This document shows positions 30,254-38,799 of a DNA stretch of 64,000 nucleotides, in pieces. Positions within the stretch are counted from its first letter, which is position 1, and every line of letters starts with the position of its first letter. Source of the DNA: an uncultured Planctomycetota bacterium (GTDB lineage Bacteria > Planctomycetota > Phycisphaerae > Tepidisphaerales > Tepidisphaeraceae); NCBI GenBank assembly GCA_963841915.1, contig CAWJEN010000005.1:1056001-1120000 (forward strand), given 5' to 3'. The notes beneath the pieces are model-generated. The model did not search any database. It was not told the DNA's origin and saw only the letters and a program-made list of their open reading frames with translations. Position numbers and translations under genes: made by a program.

Positions 30254-31486
30254 TCAGTCGTCATCGTGCACGCCCAAGCCAACGGTTTCGCCCGCACTCA
30301 TCAGCTCAGATGCGACTGCGTCGGCAACGATAAGTCCCATATTCGAGAGGCAGATGAACACTTCGTCCCTCTCCAAGAGTCCCTGTGACACCAGATCGCC
30401 CAACCGGCTCCCGAATGCCTCCAACGGGGAGCATCCGATCCGACGCTGGAAGTCTGCCACGTCGATGCCGCGCGTCGTCCGTAAGTTGAGCCAGGCAAGC
30501 TCTGCCGCCCGCTCAGGCATTGTCAGCCGCTCGACATCGATCGCTGCATGACCGGCGACTTCGACGGCCCGCTCCCACTTGCCCAGATGCGGCGTGTTTC
30601 GCCACCGGGTCCCGGCAAGATGACTGGCTGCCGACGGACCCAGGCCCAGGTAGTTGTCGCCGTGCCAGTAGGCGAGGTTGTGCCGGCTCTCACAGCCGGG
30701 GCGGGCGAAGTTGCTGATCTCGTACGCCGGCATTCCGGCCGTTGCGAGTCGGTCCCGTATGTGCCTGAACATCGCCACCTCGTCGTCTTCGGGTGTGGCG
30801 ACAACGCGACCTAGCCGCCTCCGCACCGCCAGCGGCGTGTTGGGCTCGTACGTCAGGCCGTAGCAACTCAGGTGCTCCACGTCGAGCGACAGGGCGGCGT
30901 CGAGGCTGCGGTCGAGGGACGCAAGCGTCTGCCCGGGGATCGCATAGATCAGGTCAAGACTTTGTCGTGGGATGCCCGCCCGTCGCGCCGCCTCAACAGC
31001 CGCCGGTACATCGACGCCGCGGTGGTCGCGTTCCAGTGCATTCAGCTCGGCGGCGTCGAAAGACTGGGCGCCGAAGCTCACGCGATGCATGCTGTGCTTC
31101 GCGAGCGTGTCGAAGTAGGCGTCGCTGGCGCTGCCCGGGTTGGTTTCGATTGTCCATTCGATCACGCCCGAAAGATCGAGGCGATCCCGCAGGCCGCTCA
31201 GCAGTCGATCCATCTCGATCGGCGGTAGCAGGCTCGGCGTTCCACCGCCGAAGAAGACGGTGGTGAATCGAGCCTCGCTGTCTACCCAGCAATCGGCCTC
31301 GGCAAGAACGAGGTCGACAAACCGTCGCATGCGGTCTTCGGTCTGCCGCGTGATGCTGTAGAAGTCGCAGTAGTGGCATTTGTGCGAGCAGAACGGCACA
31401 TGCACGTACAACGCCTCGAACGGTTCGTTCGGCAGATCGCCTAGGTCGAAATCTTGGGCCGTCTCACGGACCGGCAGGGCAGGCAC
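30254..31486 (-). CDS. hemW: Radical SAM heme chaperone HemW (HemN-like)
   Basis: LYVHVPFCSHKCHYCDF, FFGGGTPS, YEISNFA, HNLAYW, GLGPSA. Confidence 0.9.
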   Translation of the reverse strand: MPALPVRETAQDFDLGDLPNEPFEALYVHVPFCSHKCHYCDFYSITRQTEDRMRRFVDLVLAEADCWVDSEARFTTVFFGGGTPSLLPPIEMDRLLSGLRDRLDLSGVIEWTIETNPGSASDAYFDTLAKHSMHRVSFGAQSFDAAELNALERDHRGVDVPAAVEAARRAGIPRQSLDLIYAIPGQTLASLDRSLDAALSLDVEHLSCYGLTYEPNTPLAVRRRLGRVVATPEDDEVAMFRHIRDRLATAGMPAYEISNFARPGCESRHNLAYWHGDNYLGLGPSAASHLAGTRWRNTPHLGKWERAVEVAGHAAIDVERLTMPERAAELAWLNLRTTRGIDVADFQRRIGCSPLEAFGSRLGDLVSQGLLERDEVFICLSNMGLIVADAVASELMSAGETVGLGVHDDD

Positions 31487-31494
31487 GCGACAGC

Positions 31495-32094
31495 TTACGT
31501 AGAAGGATTGCCGCCGAAGACGGTCGGCTTGAGCACGACGATGTCGGGCAGGTTGCGGTACAGGCTGTCGTAGTCGAGGCCATACCCGACGACGAACTCG
31601 TCGGGCACTTCAAAACCGACGTAATCGGCCTCGATGGCGGGTGCGTCGGGCAACTGCTTCTTGAGCAGCACGCAGGTCCGCACGCTTGCCGCGCCAAGGT
31701 CACGCACGATCGGCACGACCGCAGCCAGCGTGCGCCCACTGTCGAGAATGTCATCGACCAGAACGACGTGACGCCCTTCGACGTGCCCGAGTTGACGGCC
31801 CAACACGTCGACGCCCTGACTGCGGATGCTCGTGCCGGGATAGCTGCTGACAGCGAGCAGATTGATCTTGATCGGCAGTGGAATTGCCCGGATCAGATCG
31901 GCGGCGAAGACCAGTGCGCCGGTCAGGATGGGAACAATGGTCACCTCGGCCTCGTCGCCCAGCACGTCGGGCGCGTGATCCTTTGTTACCGCGGCTGCAA
32001 GCTCTTTGACGCGGGCAATGATGTCCTCGCCTGAGATGAGCACGCGATCGACGTGGTCGTTAAGTGCATTCTGCGGCGGGTTAGACGTCGGCAT
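31495..32094 (-). CDS. hpt: Hypoxanthine phosphoribosyltransferase
   Basis: ILTGA, VSSY, LVDDILDSGRTL, FVVGYGLDY..YRNLP. Confidence 0.95.
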   Translation of the reverse strand: MPTSNPPQNALNDHVDRVLISGEDIIARVKELAAAVTKDHAPDVLGDEAEVTIVPILTGALVFAADLIRAIPLPIKINLLAVSSYPGTSIRSQGVDVLGRQLGHVEGRHVVLVDDILDSGRTLAAVVPIVRDLGAASVRTCVLLKKQLPDAPAIEADYVGFEVPDEFVVGYGLDYDSLYRNLPDIVVLKPTVFGGNPST

Positions 32095-32187
32095 GCCGAC
32101 GGAGCGTAGCGGCGTTACCCGTTGAGGTGTCGGTTATCGCAACAGCTCGCGACGAATGACAGCATCGCGCCTACAGTCCTCGTCCCC

Positions 32188-32397
32188 ATGATCGAGGCCC
32201 TCAAGAGCGACGACATCGTCAACAAGGTCGGCGGCCGATTTCGGCTGACTGCACTCATCCAAAAGCGCCGCGTCGAGCTGATGCGAGGCGGTCGAGCACT
32301 CGTCGAGCGGAAGCCCGGCATGACCGACATGGAGGTTGTCATCGAGGAGATCCTCCAGGACAAGATCACCGCCGAGCTGCCGAACTTTGAGGAGTAA
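32188..32397 (+). CDS. rpoZ: RNA polymerase omega subunit
   Basis: 69 aa; KVGGRFRLTALIQKR...VIEEILQDKI. Confidence 0.82.
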   Translation: MIEALKSDDIVNKVGGRFRLTALIQKRRVELMRGGRALVERKPGMTDMEVVIEEILQDKITAELPNFEE

Positions 32398-32419
32398 TTC
32401 CAGCGGGCAAACCGTCGTT

Positions 32420-32448
32420 GAAGCCGCCTTGCGTTGCGAGGCGGCTTC
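32420..32448 (+). terminator. Hairpin after rpoZ
   Basis: GAAGCCGCCTTGC-GTT-GCGAGGCGGCTTC followed by TATT. Confidence 0.55.
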
Positions 32449-32469
32449 TATTCGTTCACGATCAATTTG

Positions 32470-32997
32470 ATGCTCATCGGCGTTCTGTCTGACACCCACG
32501 GCCGCATCGGCCCGCTCCACGAAGCGCTACGGGTGCTGCGGGAGAAGGGCGTCAAGGCTTACCTGCACTGCGGTGACATCGGAGAGCACGGCCCACGCGG
32601 CAACCCGCGACCGGTGCTCGACAAGCTGGCCGGCACCGGTTGCCGCTTCGTCTGGGGCAACAACGATGAAGCAGCACCGGCCGATGTGGCCTACGCACGC
32701 GACCTCGGGCTCGACCCGCTCGGCGACCGCGCCACGCTGAACCTCGGCGGCTGTCGCATCCGCATCGAGCACGGCGACGACCTGCGCGAGCTGAAACGCC
32801 TGACGACGTCAGCCAATGGTGAGTGTGATCTGCTGCTGACGGGCCACAGTCACATTGCACACGACCGCCGCCATGGGACGCTGCGTTGGGTGAATCCCGG
32901 TGCCTTGCATCGTGCCAGCGTGTACACGGTCGCAACTGTTGACCTGGCACGCCTTGGTGAAGACGATGCAGTCGAACTTCACACGCTGACGCGATGA
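32470..32997 (+). CDS. YfcE-type metallophosphoesterase
   Basis: SDTH, HCGD, GNND, HGD, GHSH, NPG motifs. Confidence 0.9.
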   Translation: MLIGVLSDTHGRIGPLHEALRVLREKGVKAYLHCGDIGEHGPRGNPRPVLDKLAGTGCRFVWGNNDEAAPADVAYARDLGLDPLGDRATLNLGGCRIRIEHGDDLRELKRLTTSANGECDLLLTGHSHIAHDRRHGTLRWVNPGALHRASVYTVATVDLARLGEDDAVELHTLTR

Positions 32998-33037
32998 GGA
33001 GGCAGAGTCTTCGGAACAAACGAGCTTGACCGCCTGC

Positions 33038-33919
33038 TCAGGCCGCCTGCCGCTCTTCACTCGGGAGCGTCAGGTTCTTGAAGATCTCAACGGTCGCGTT
33101 GCTCTTGTTGAGCGTGTAGAAGTGCAAGCCGTCGACGCCGTGGAAGACGAGGTCCTGGCACTGCCGGGTGGCGTAATCGATACCTGCCTGCTCGACGGCG
33201 GCGGCATCGTCGAGCCGCTCCAGCGCCGTCAGCAGCGGGTGCGGGATCTTGGCACCGCACATCGTCACGAACCGCTTGATCTGGTCGAGCCGCTGGATCG
33301 GCATGATGCCGGCGATGATCGGCACGTTGATACCGATCCGCACGCACTCGTCGCGGAACCGCAGGAAGTCGGCATTGTCGAAGAATAGTTGCGTCACGAC
33401 CGCGTCAGCACCAGCATCAACCTTGGCCTTGAGATGCTCCAGGTCACGCGTGCGGTTCAGGCACTGCGGATGGCCTTCAGGAAAACCGGCGACGGCGGTG
33501 AAGAAGTCGTGGCGATTGCGGACATAGCTGACCATCTCGCCGGCATACTCGAAACCGCCGTCGCACTTCTCCCACTGCCCACCGGCCGGCGGATCGCCAC
33601 GCAAGGCCAGCACGTTGTGGACGTCAGCATCCCATAACTGGTCGAGAATCGACCCGACTTCTTCAGCCGTGTGACCGACACACGTCAGGTGGGCCATCAC
33701 GTCAAGCCCAGTCTCACGACGAATGCGGCGGCACAGGTCGAGTGTCTTCTCCCGCGTGCTGCCACCAGCGCCGTACGTCACGTCGACGAAGGACGGCCCG
33801 AGCGGCTTGAGGGCGGCGATGGTGTCGAAGAGCTTTGCGAACCCCGCGTCGGTCTTGGGCGGAAAGAACTCAAAGCTGACGGCGGGGCGGCCTGTCTGGA
33901 AGTGACGGTCGATCTTCAC
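33038..33919 (-). CDS. metF: 5,10-methylenetetrahydrofolate reductase
   Basis: SFEFFPPK, VTYGAGGS, AHLTC, LALRGDPP, TQLFFD, LHFYTLN. Confidence 0.96.
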   Translation of the reverse strand: MKIDRHFQTGRPAVSFEFFPPKTDAGFAKLFDTIAALKPLGPSFVDVTYGAGGSTREKTLDLCRRIRRETGLDVMAHLTCVGHTAEEVGSILDQLWDADVHNVLALRGDPPAGGQWEKCDGGFEYAGEMVSYVRNRHDFFTAVAGFPEGHPQCLNRTRDLEHLKAKVDAGADAVVTQLFFDNADFLRFRDECVRIGINVPIIAGIMPIQRLDQIKRFVTMCGAKIPHPLLTALERLDDAAAVEQAGIDYATRQCQDLVFHGVDGLHFYTLNKSNATVEIFKNLTLPSEERQAA

Positions 33920-33975
33920 GAGAGCACTCTACCACAGCCCATCCATCCGTCCAGCCGGATGAACGGGTTGTCGTA

Positions 33976-35661
33976 TCACCGTCGGTATGCGGTAGGGTGA
34001 TGTGGATCGACAGGAACGAGAACGGTGGCATCGTCGCCGTCGCGTCTGGGCAGCGGCTGCAGGTTCAGCTGCTCTGCCAACATCGTCGGCAGATAGTCGT
34101 CGCGCTCGTCGTCGTAGACGATGACGACGCCACCCGTTTGTCGAAGGCCCACTGACAAGCGGTCTGCCGCGTCATCGTCAAGCTGTTTGCCGCGAGAGGG
34201 CAGCTTGGCAATGAGGAGCGGGCCGCGGCCGGAAAGGCTTTTGCGGGCGTCGCCATGCGTCAGGACCCACGCACCAGGTGGCAGCATCTCGAGCGCCCAG
34301 GCCGTCACGGGCGAGTCGATCGGCCGAGGCTTGGGGCCGCCGGAGTCTTCGTGCCGCTCGCTGGCGAGCTTGACGACGTACCTGCCGCTGCGGACGACGT
34401 TGAGCAGCACGCAGGTGGCCAGGACGAACGACATTGCCAGCATGATGCCGCGACTGCTTGCGCGGAGCCGGACAAGGTGGCTGAGTCGTGCAATGCCGAT
34501 GGCTGCGATGATGAGCACGATCGCATTCAGCGGGCTCATGACGCGGTAGTCCATCTTGCCGAAGGCGACAGTGGACTGAGCAACACCGATGAAGGCGAAG
34601 TAGCCGAGGCCGGCGAGTACGAGCGTCGAGAGCATCCACGGCTCAGTCGAGGGCGTCGTGATCTCCGCGCGTGTCGACTTGTGTCGCGACCTCCACCATG
34701 CGAAGGCGAAGGCGACCACGACGGCTGCGACCATGGCCAGCAGCCGTGGCAGGCGTGGGTCGCTTCGCATTGGATCGGCCCAGAACCAGTCGACGATGCC
34801 GTCCCAGGCCAGTTGCGTGTTCCAGACGAAGTAGTCGAGTTGCTCTTGCCGTGTCCGGCCGTTGCTGCCGTCGCGGCCTCCCGGTGGGCCACCGACGATG
34901 TTGTTGCGGATCATCCAGCCGACGACGGCGATGCTCGCGACGCCACCGGCAATGGCGGCATCGATCAGGCGACGCTTCCAGTGGCGGACGTGCCACGACC
35001 CGAGGACCAGCAGCAGTCCGGCAGAGCCGATGACAAGCGGCAGACCCGCGTAGCGAACGAGATAGGCCAAGCCTGCTCCCAAACCGATCAGCACCGGCCA
35101 CTGCCATCGCGGTCGAGCGACATGCGTCGCAACGGCCCAGAGCGTCAGCAGCACGAGTGTGATGAAGATGGGCTCGCTCCAGGCGGCGACATAGACCTGA
35201 AGCAGGCGGTGGCTGCACAGCAGCAGCCATGCCGCAACTGCCGCTGGCCAGAGCGAGCGGACGCCGTCAATCTGCACGCGGCGTGTGGCGTGCCACGTCA
35301 TGCCGGCTGCGAGCAGGATCAGTGTCGTGAACAGAATGACGTGCAACGGCTTGTTGACGACAAGCGGATCAACGCCTGCGACCCAGCCGAGGCTGCCGAT
35401 GACGGCGGGATAGCCGGCCGGCCACCAGGTGATCGGCTCGTACGTCGGGACGCCGTCGATGACGGAGACGGTGGCAGAGCCGTGACCGGAGGCGATCGAG
35501 CGGGCGGCTTGGGCGTATTTGAGCGAGTCGTTGCTGAGGCTCATGCCCCGGCTCGTCGCGTACCAGAGCACTCCACACGCAATAACCGCCGCCAGTGCAA
35601 TCAGCATGGCGGCGGTGAGATTTGAAGCGTTCCAGAACGTCCGTCCGTCAGGCTTCTTCAA
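33976..35661 (-). CDS. Polytopic membrane protein, probable GT-C (ArnT/PMT-like) glycosyltransferase
   Basis: SNDSLKY and WPAGYP first-loop motifs, WSEPIF, LVRYAG, WMIRN; many TM helices; start uncertain (35661 TTG overlapping pilB stop, or 35607 ATG). Confidence 0.68.
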   Translation of the reverse strand: MKKPDGRTFWNASNLTAAMLIALAAVIACGVLWYATSRGMSLSNDSLKYAQAARSIASGHGSATVSVIDGVPTYEPITWWPAGYPAVIGSLGWVAGVDPLVVNKPLHVILFTTLILLAAGMTWHATRRVQIDGVRSLWPAAVAAWLLLCSHRLLQVYVAAWSEPIFITLVLLTLWAVATHVARPRWQWPVLIGLGAGLAYLVRYAGLPLVIGSAGLLLVLGSWHVRHWKRRLIDAAIAGGVASIAVVGWMIRNNIVGGPPGGRDGSNGRTRQEQLDYFVWNTQLAWDGIVDWFWADPMRSDPRLPRLLAMVAAVVVAFAFAWWRSRHKSTRAEITTPSTEPWMLSTLVLAGLGYFAFIGVAQSTVAFGKMDYRVMSPLNAIVLIIAAIGIARLSHLVRLRASSRGIMLAMSFVLATCVLLNVVRSGRYVVKLASERHEDSGGPKPRPIDSPVTAWALEMLPPGAWVLTHGDARKSLSGRGPLLIAKLPSRGKQLDDDAADRLSVGLRQTGGVVIVYDDERDDYLPTMLAEQLNLQPLPRRDGDDATVLVPVDPHHPTAYRR

Positions 35662-37417
35662 CGATCGTCTCCCGGACGACTTCTTCGATGCTGGTTTCGC
35701 CGTCGAAGATGGCGTTAAGGCCACTTTCGCGGAGCGACTTCATGCCGAGCTTGCGCGCCTGATTGCGAATCTGCTGGGTGCTGGCGTGGGCGACGATCAT
35801 GTCACGCATGTCGTCATCAAGGCCCATGATCTCAAAAATGCCCATACGGCCTTTGTAGCCGGTGTTGTTACACGCGTCGCAGCCCTTGCCGTAGTAGAAG
35901 ACGTGACCTTTGGCCGTTTCTTCGGTGAGTTCCAACTCCATGAGCTGCTCGAGCGGTGGCGTGTACTCCGTCTTGCACTTCGTGCAGATCTTGCGGACAA
36001 GCCGCTGGGCGACCACGCCTTCGAGCACGGCCGTCACGAGGAACGGCTCGAGGCCGAGGTCGAGCATTCGGGCGATGGCCGACGGTGCGTCATTGGTGTG
36101 CAGCGTCGAGAAGACAAGGTGACCCGTCAGGGCAGCCTGCACGCTGATTTCCGCCGTTTCCTTATCGCGAATTTCACCGACGAGCACGACATCGGGGTCC
36201 TGACGCAGCATGGAGCGGAGAATGCGGCCGAACGTCATGCCGATGTCTGGCTTGATCTGGCACTGGATGATGCCGTCGATGTCGTATTCGACCGGATCTT
36301 CGGCCGTAATGAGCTTGGCCTCAGTTGTATTGAGTTCACGTAGGGCCGAGTAGAGCGTTGTCGTCTTACCCGAGCCGGTTGGACCGGTGACGATGACGAT
36401 GCCGTTGGGCCGGTGAATGAGCGCACGGATGGCCTCGAGGTCTGCCTTGTTGAGGCCGATGCGGTCGAGGTCGAGATTGACGTTGCCACGGTCCAGCACG
36501 CGCATCACGACGCTTTCACCGAACATCGTCGGCAGGACGCTGACGCGAAGGTCGATGGGCTGGTTGTTGACGGTCAGCTCGATGCGGCCGTCCTGCGGCA
36601 CCCGCCGCTCGGCGATGTCGAGGTTGGCCATGACCTTCACACGCGAGCTGATGGCCGGCGCGATGTGTGACGGCGGCGGCATCATTTCGTACAGCACGCC
36701 GTCGATGCGGTACCGGATCTTGAACTCGTCCTCGAACGGCTCGAAGTGAACGTCGGAGGCCTTGTCCTTGATCGCCTGAAGCAGGACAAGATTGATGAGC
36801 TTCTTGACAGGATTGCTGTCGGCGGCACCTTTGAGGTCGTCGAGGTCGATCGACGCGTCGCCGCCTTTCTTGGCAAGCGTCTTCAGCGACGCGTCGTTCT
36901 CGAAATCACCCATCAGGCTGCTGAAGCTCTCAGCGTCCTGGGCGTAGTGCTTCTTGATCAGCGCCTCGATCTTGTCCTTGTCGCCAATCTTGGCGTCGAC
37001 CTGGTACCCCATGAGGGTCCGCAAGTCGTCGAGGGCCTGAAAGTTGTCGTGCGAGGCCATCGCGACGATGAGCCGCTTCTTGGCGGCGTCGTACTTGACG
37101 GGCAGCACCTTGTGCGTCTGGGCCGTCTGGGCCGGAACGGCTGCGATGGCGTCGTCGGGGATCTCGATGCCTTCGAGGTCGATCAGCTCGTACCCCTGCT
37201 GGGCGGCAAGGGCGATGTTGAGGTCACCGGCCGTGATGTGGCCGAGGTCGACCATGATCTGGCCGAGCGGTCCACCCGACCGCTTCTGGAAGTTGAGGGC
37301 GTCGACGACCTGCTCACGGGAGACGCGGCCCATCTTGTTGAGCACGCGACCCAGCGGACGACCTTTCAATTGCTCGACGGGCGGGATCGGCTTGGCGGGG
37401 GCTGCGGGGGAACTCAT
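35648..37417 (-). CDS. pilB: PilB/GspE extension ATPase (copy 2)
   Basis: ASDVHFEP, RRVPQDGRI, GPTGSGKTTT, LRQDPD, CTKC..GCDAC, EEVVRET. Confidence 0.92.
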   Translation of the reverse strand: MSSPAAPAKPIPPVEQLKGRPLGRVLNKMGRVSREQVVDALNFQKRSGGPLGQIMVDLGHITAGDLNIALAAQQGYELIDLEGIEIPDDAIAAVPAQTAQTHKVLPVKYDAAKKRLIVAMASHDNFQALDDLRTLMGYQVDAKIGDKDKIEALIKKHYAQDAESFSSLMGDFENDASLKTLAKKGGDASIDLDDLKGAADSNPVKKLINLVLLQAIKDKASDVHFEPFEDEFKIRYRIDGVLYEMMPPPSHIAPAISSRVKVMANLDIAERRVPQDGRIELTVNNQPIDLRVSVLPTMFGESVVMRVLDRGNVNLDLDRIGLNKADLEAIRALIHRPNGIVIVTGPTGSGKTTTLYSALRELNTTEAKLITAEDPVEYDIDGIIQCQIKPDIGMTFGRILRSMLRQDPDVVLVGEIRDKETAEISVQAALTGHLVFSTLHTNDAPSAIARMLDLGLEPFLVTAVLEGVVAQRLVRKICTKCKTEYTPPLEQLMELELTEETAKGHVFYYGKGCDACNNTGYKGRMGIFEIMGLDDDMRDMIVAHASTQQIRNQARKLGMKSLRESGLNAIFDGETSIEEVVRETIVEEA

Positions 37418-37478
37418 GGGGCGTTGGTGCGGGAAATCGAAAGCTCAAGCCAATGCGGCAGACAACGTTACCTCAAAC

Positions 37479-38696
37479 TCACTTCGAACCGGCCATCCGC
37501 TGACGCCGTTGGGCGACTTCGGCAGCCTTGGCGTCGGGCGACTTGGGACCGTTCTTCGAGTCGCTGTCTTTGCCCGACTCTTCGGCTTCGGCGATAAGGG
37601 CTTCGTCTTCGACCTCAACGTCGACGCCGAGCTTGTTGATGCGGTCCATCATGTAACCCGGGTTCTTGCTCTTGTCGATGCAGTCTTCGGCACTGATGGC
37701 ACCTTCCATGAAGTGCGCCCAGAGGTTGTCGTCGAGCAATTGCATGCCGTAACGGGCACCGGTCTGGATTTCGGAGTCGATGCGGAACGACTTGTTCTCG
37801 CGGATGAGGTTCTGAATGGCGGGCGTGACGTACATGAACTCATATGCCGCCAGCATGCCACCTTCGATGTCGATGCGTGGCATCAGTGCCTGACTCAGCA
37901 CGGCGATGAGGTTGTTGGCCAGCTGCACGCGAACCTGCTCCTGCTGGTCCGTTGGGAAGGCATCAATGATGCGGTTGATCGTTGAGGCGGCACCGCTGGT
38001 GTGCAGCGTGCCGAACACAAGGTGACCCGTCTCGGCAGCGGTGATGGCCGAGCCGATCGTCGCGAGGTCACGCATTTCGCCGACGAGCATGACGTCCGGG
38101 TCCTGACGCAACGCACGACGCAACGCTTCGGAGAACGACGGCACGTCGACGCCGATCTCGCGTTGGACGACAATTGATTTCTTGTGCGGGTGGTAGTACT
38201 CGATGGGGTCTTCCATCGTGATGATGTGCCGCTCGAACTGCTCGTTGATGTAGTTGATCATGCAGGCCAGCGTCGTCGTCTTACCCGAACCGGTCGGACC
38301 GGTGACGAGGAAGATGCCGCGTGGTCGACGGCAAATCTGGCGGGCCATGTCTGGTAGGCCGATCTGCTCGAACGTCAGGATCGTGTTCGGAATCCGCCGC
38401 AGCACGAGCGACGTGTAGCCCTTCTGCTTGAAGATGGCGACGCGGAAACGGGCCTCGGCACCGAAGGCGAAGCCGAAGTCACCGCTGCCGGTCTCTTCGA
38501 ACTCCTGCTGGATACGCTCCGGCGTGATGGCCTTCATGAGCGAGGCCGTGTCCTCGCCCTCGAGCGTCTTGGTCTGCAGCTCGCGAAGTCGGCCGCTGAG
38601 GCGCAGCGTCGGCGGCTTGCCGACGGCAAGGTGCAAGTCGGCCGCCTTCCGCTTGATCACGGTCTCGAGCAGCTTGTCAATCTGGATAGTGGCCAT
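37479..38696 (-). CDS. pilT: PilT retraction ATPase (copy 2)
   Basis: ADLHL, GPTGSGKTTT, MEDPIE, ALRQDPD, AIQNLIRE, GMQLLD. Confidence 0.93.
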   Translation of the reverse strand: MATIQIDKLLETVIKRKAADLHLAVGKPPTLRLSGRLRELQTKTLEGEDTASLMKAITPERIQQEFEETGSGDFGFAFGAEARFRVAIFKQKGYTSLVLRRIPNTILTFEQIGLPDMARQICRRPRGIFLVTGPTGSGKTTTLACMINYINEQFERHIITMEDPIEYYHPHKKSIVVQREIGVDVPSFSEALRRALRQDPDVMLVGEMRDLATIGSAITAAETGHLVFGTLHTSGAASTINRIIDAFPTDQQEQVRVQLANNLIAVLSQALMPRIDIEGGMLAAYEFMYVTPAIQNLIRENKSFRIDSEIQTGARYGMQLLDDNLWAHFMEGAISAEDCIDKSKNPGYMMDRINKLGVDVEVEDEALIAEAEESGKDSDSKNGPKSPDAKAAEVAQRRQRMAGSK

Positions 38697-38799
38697 CGGC
38701 GGTCTTGGTGCGGAAGTGGGGGCTCAGCCGGTTTCGAACGATCCGTCGACGGTCACTGCCGGGCTGATGCGGCGACCGTTCACGCTAGACGCGAGCGTC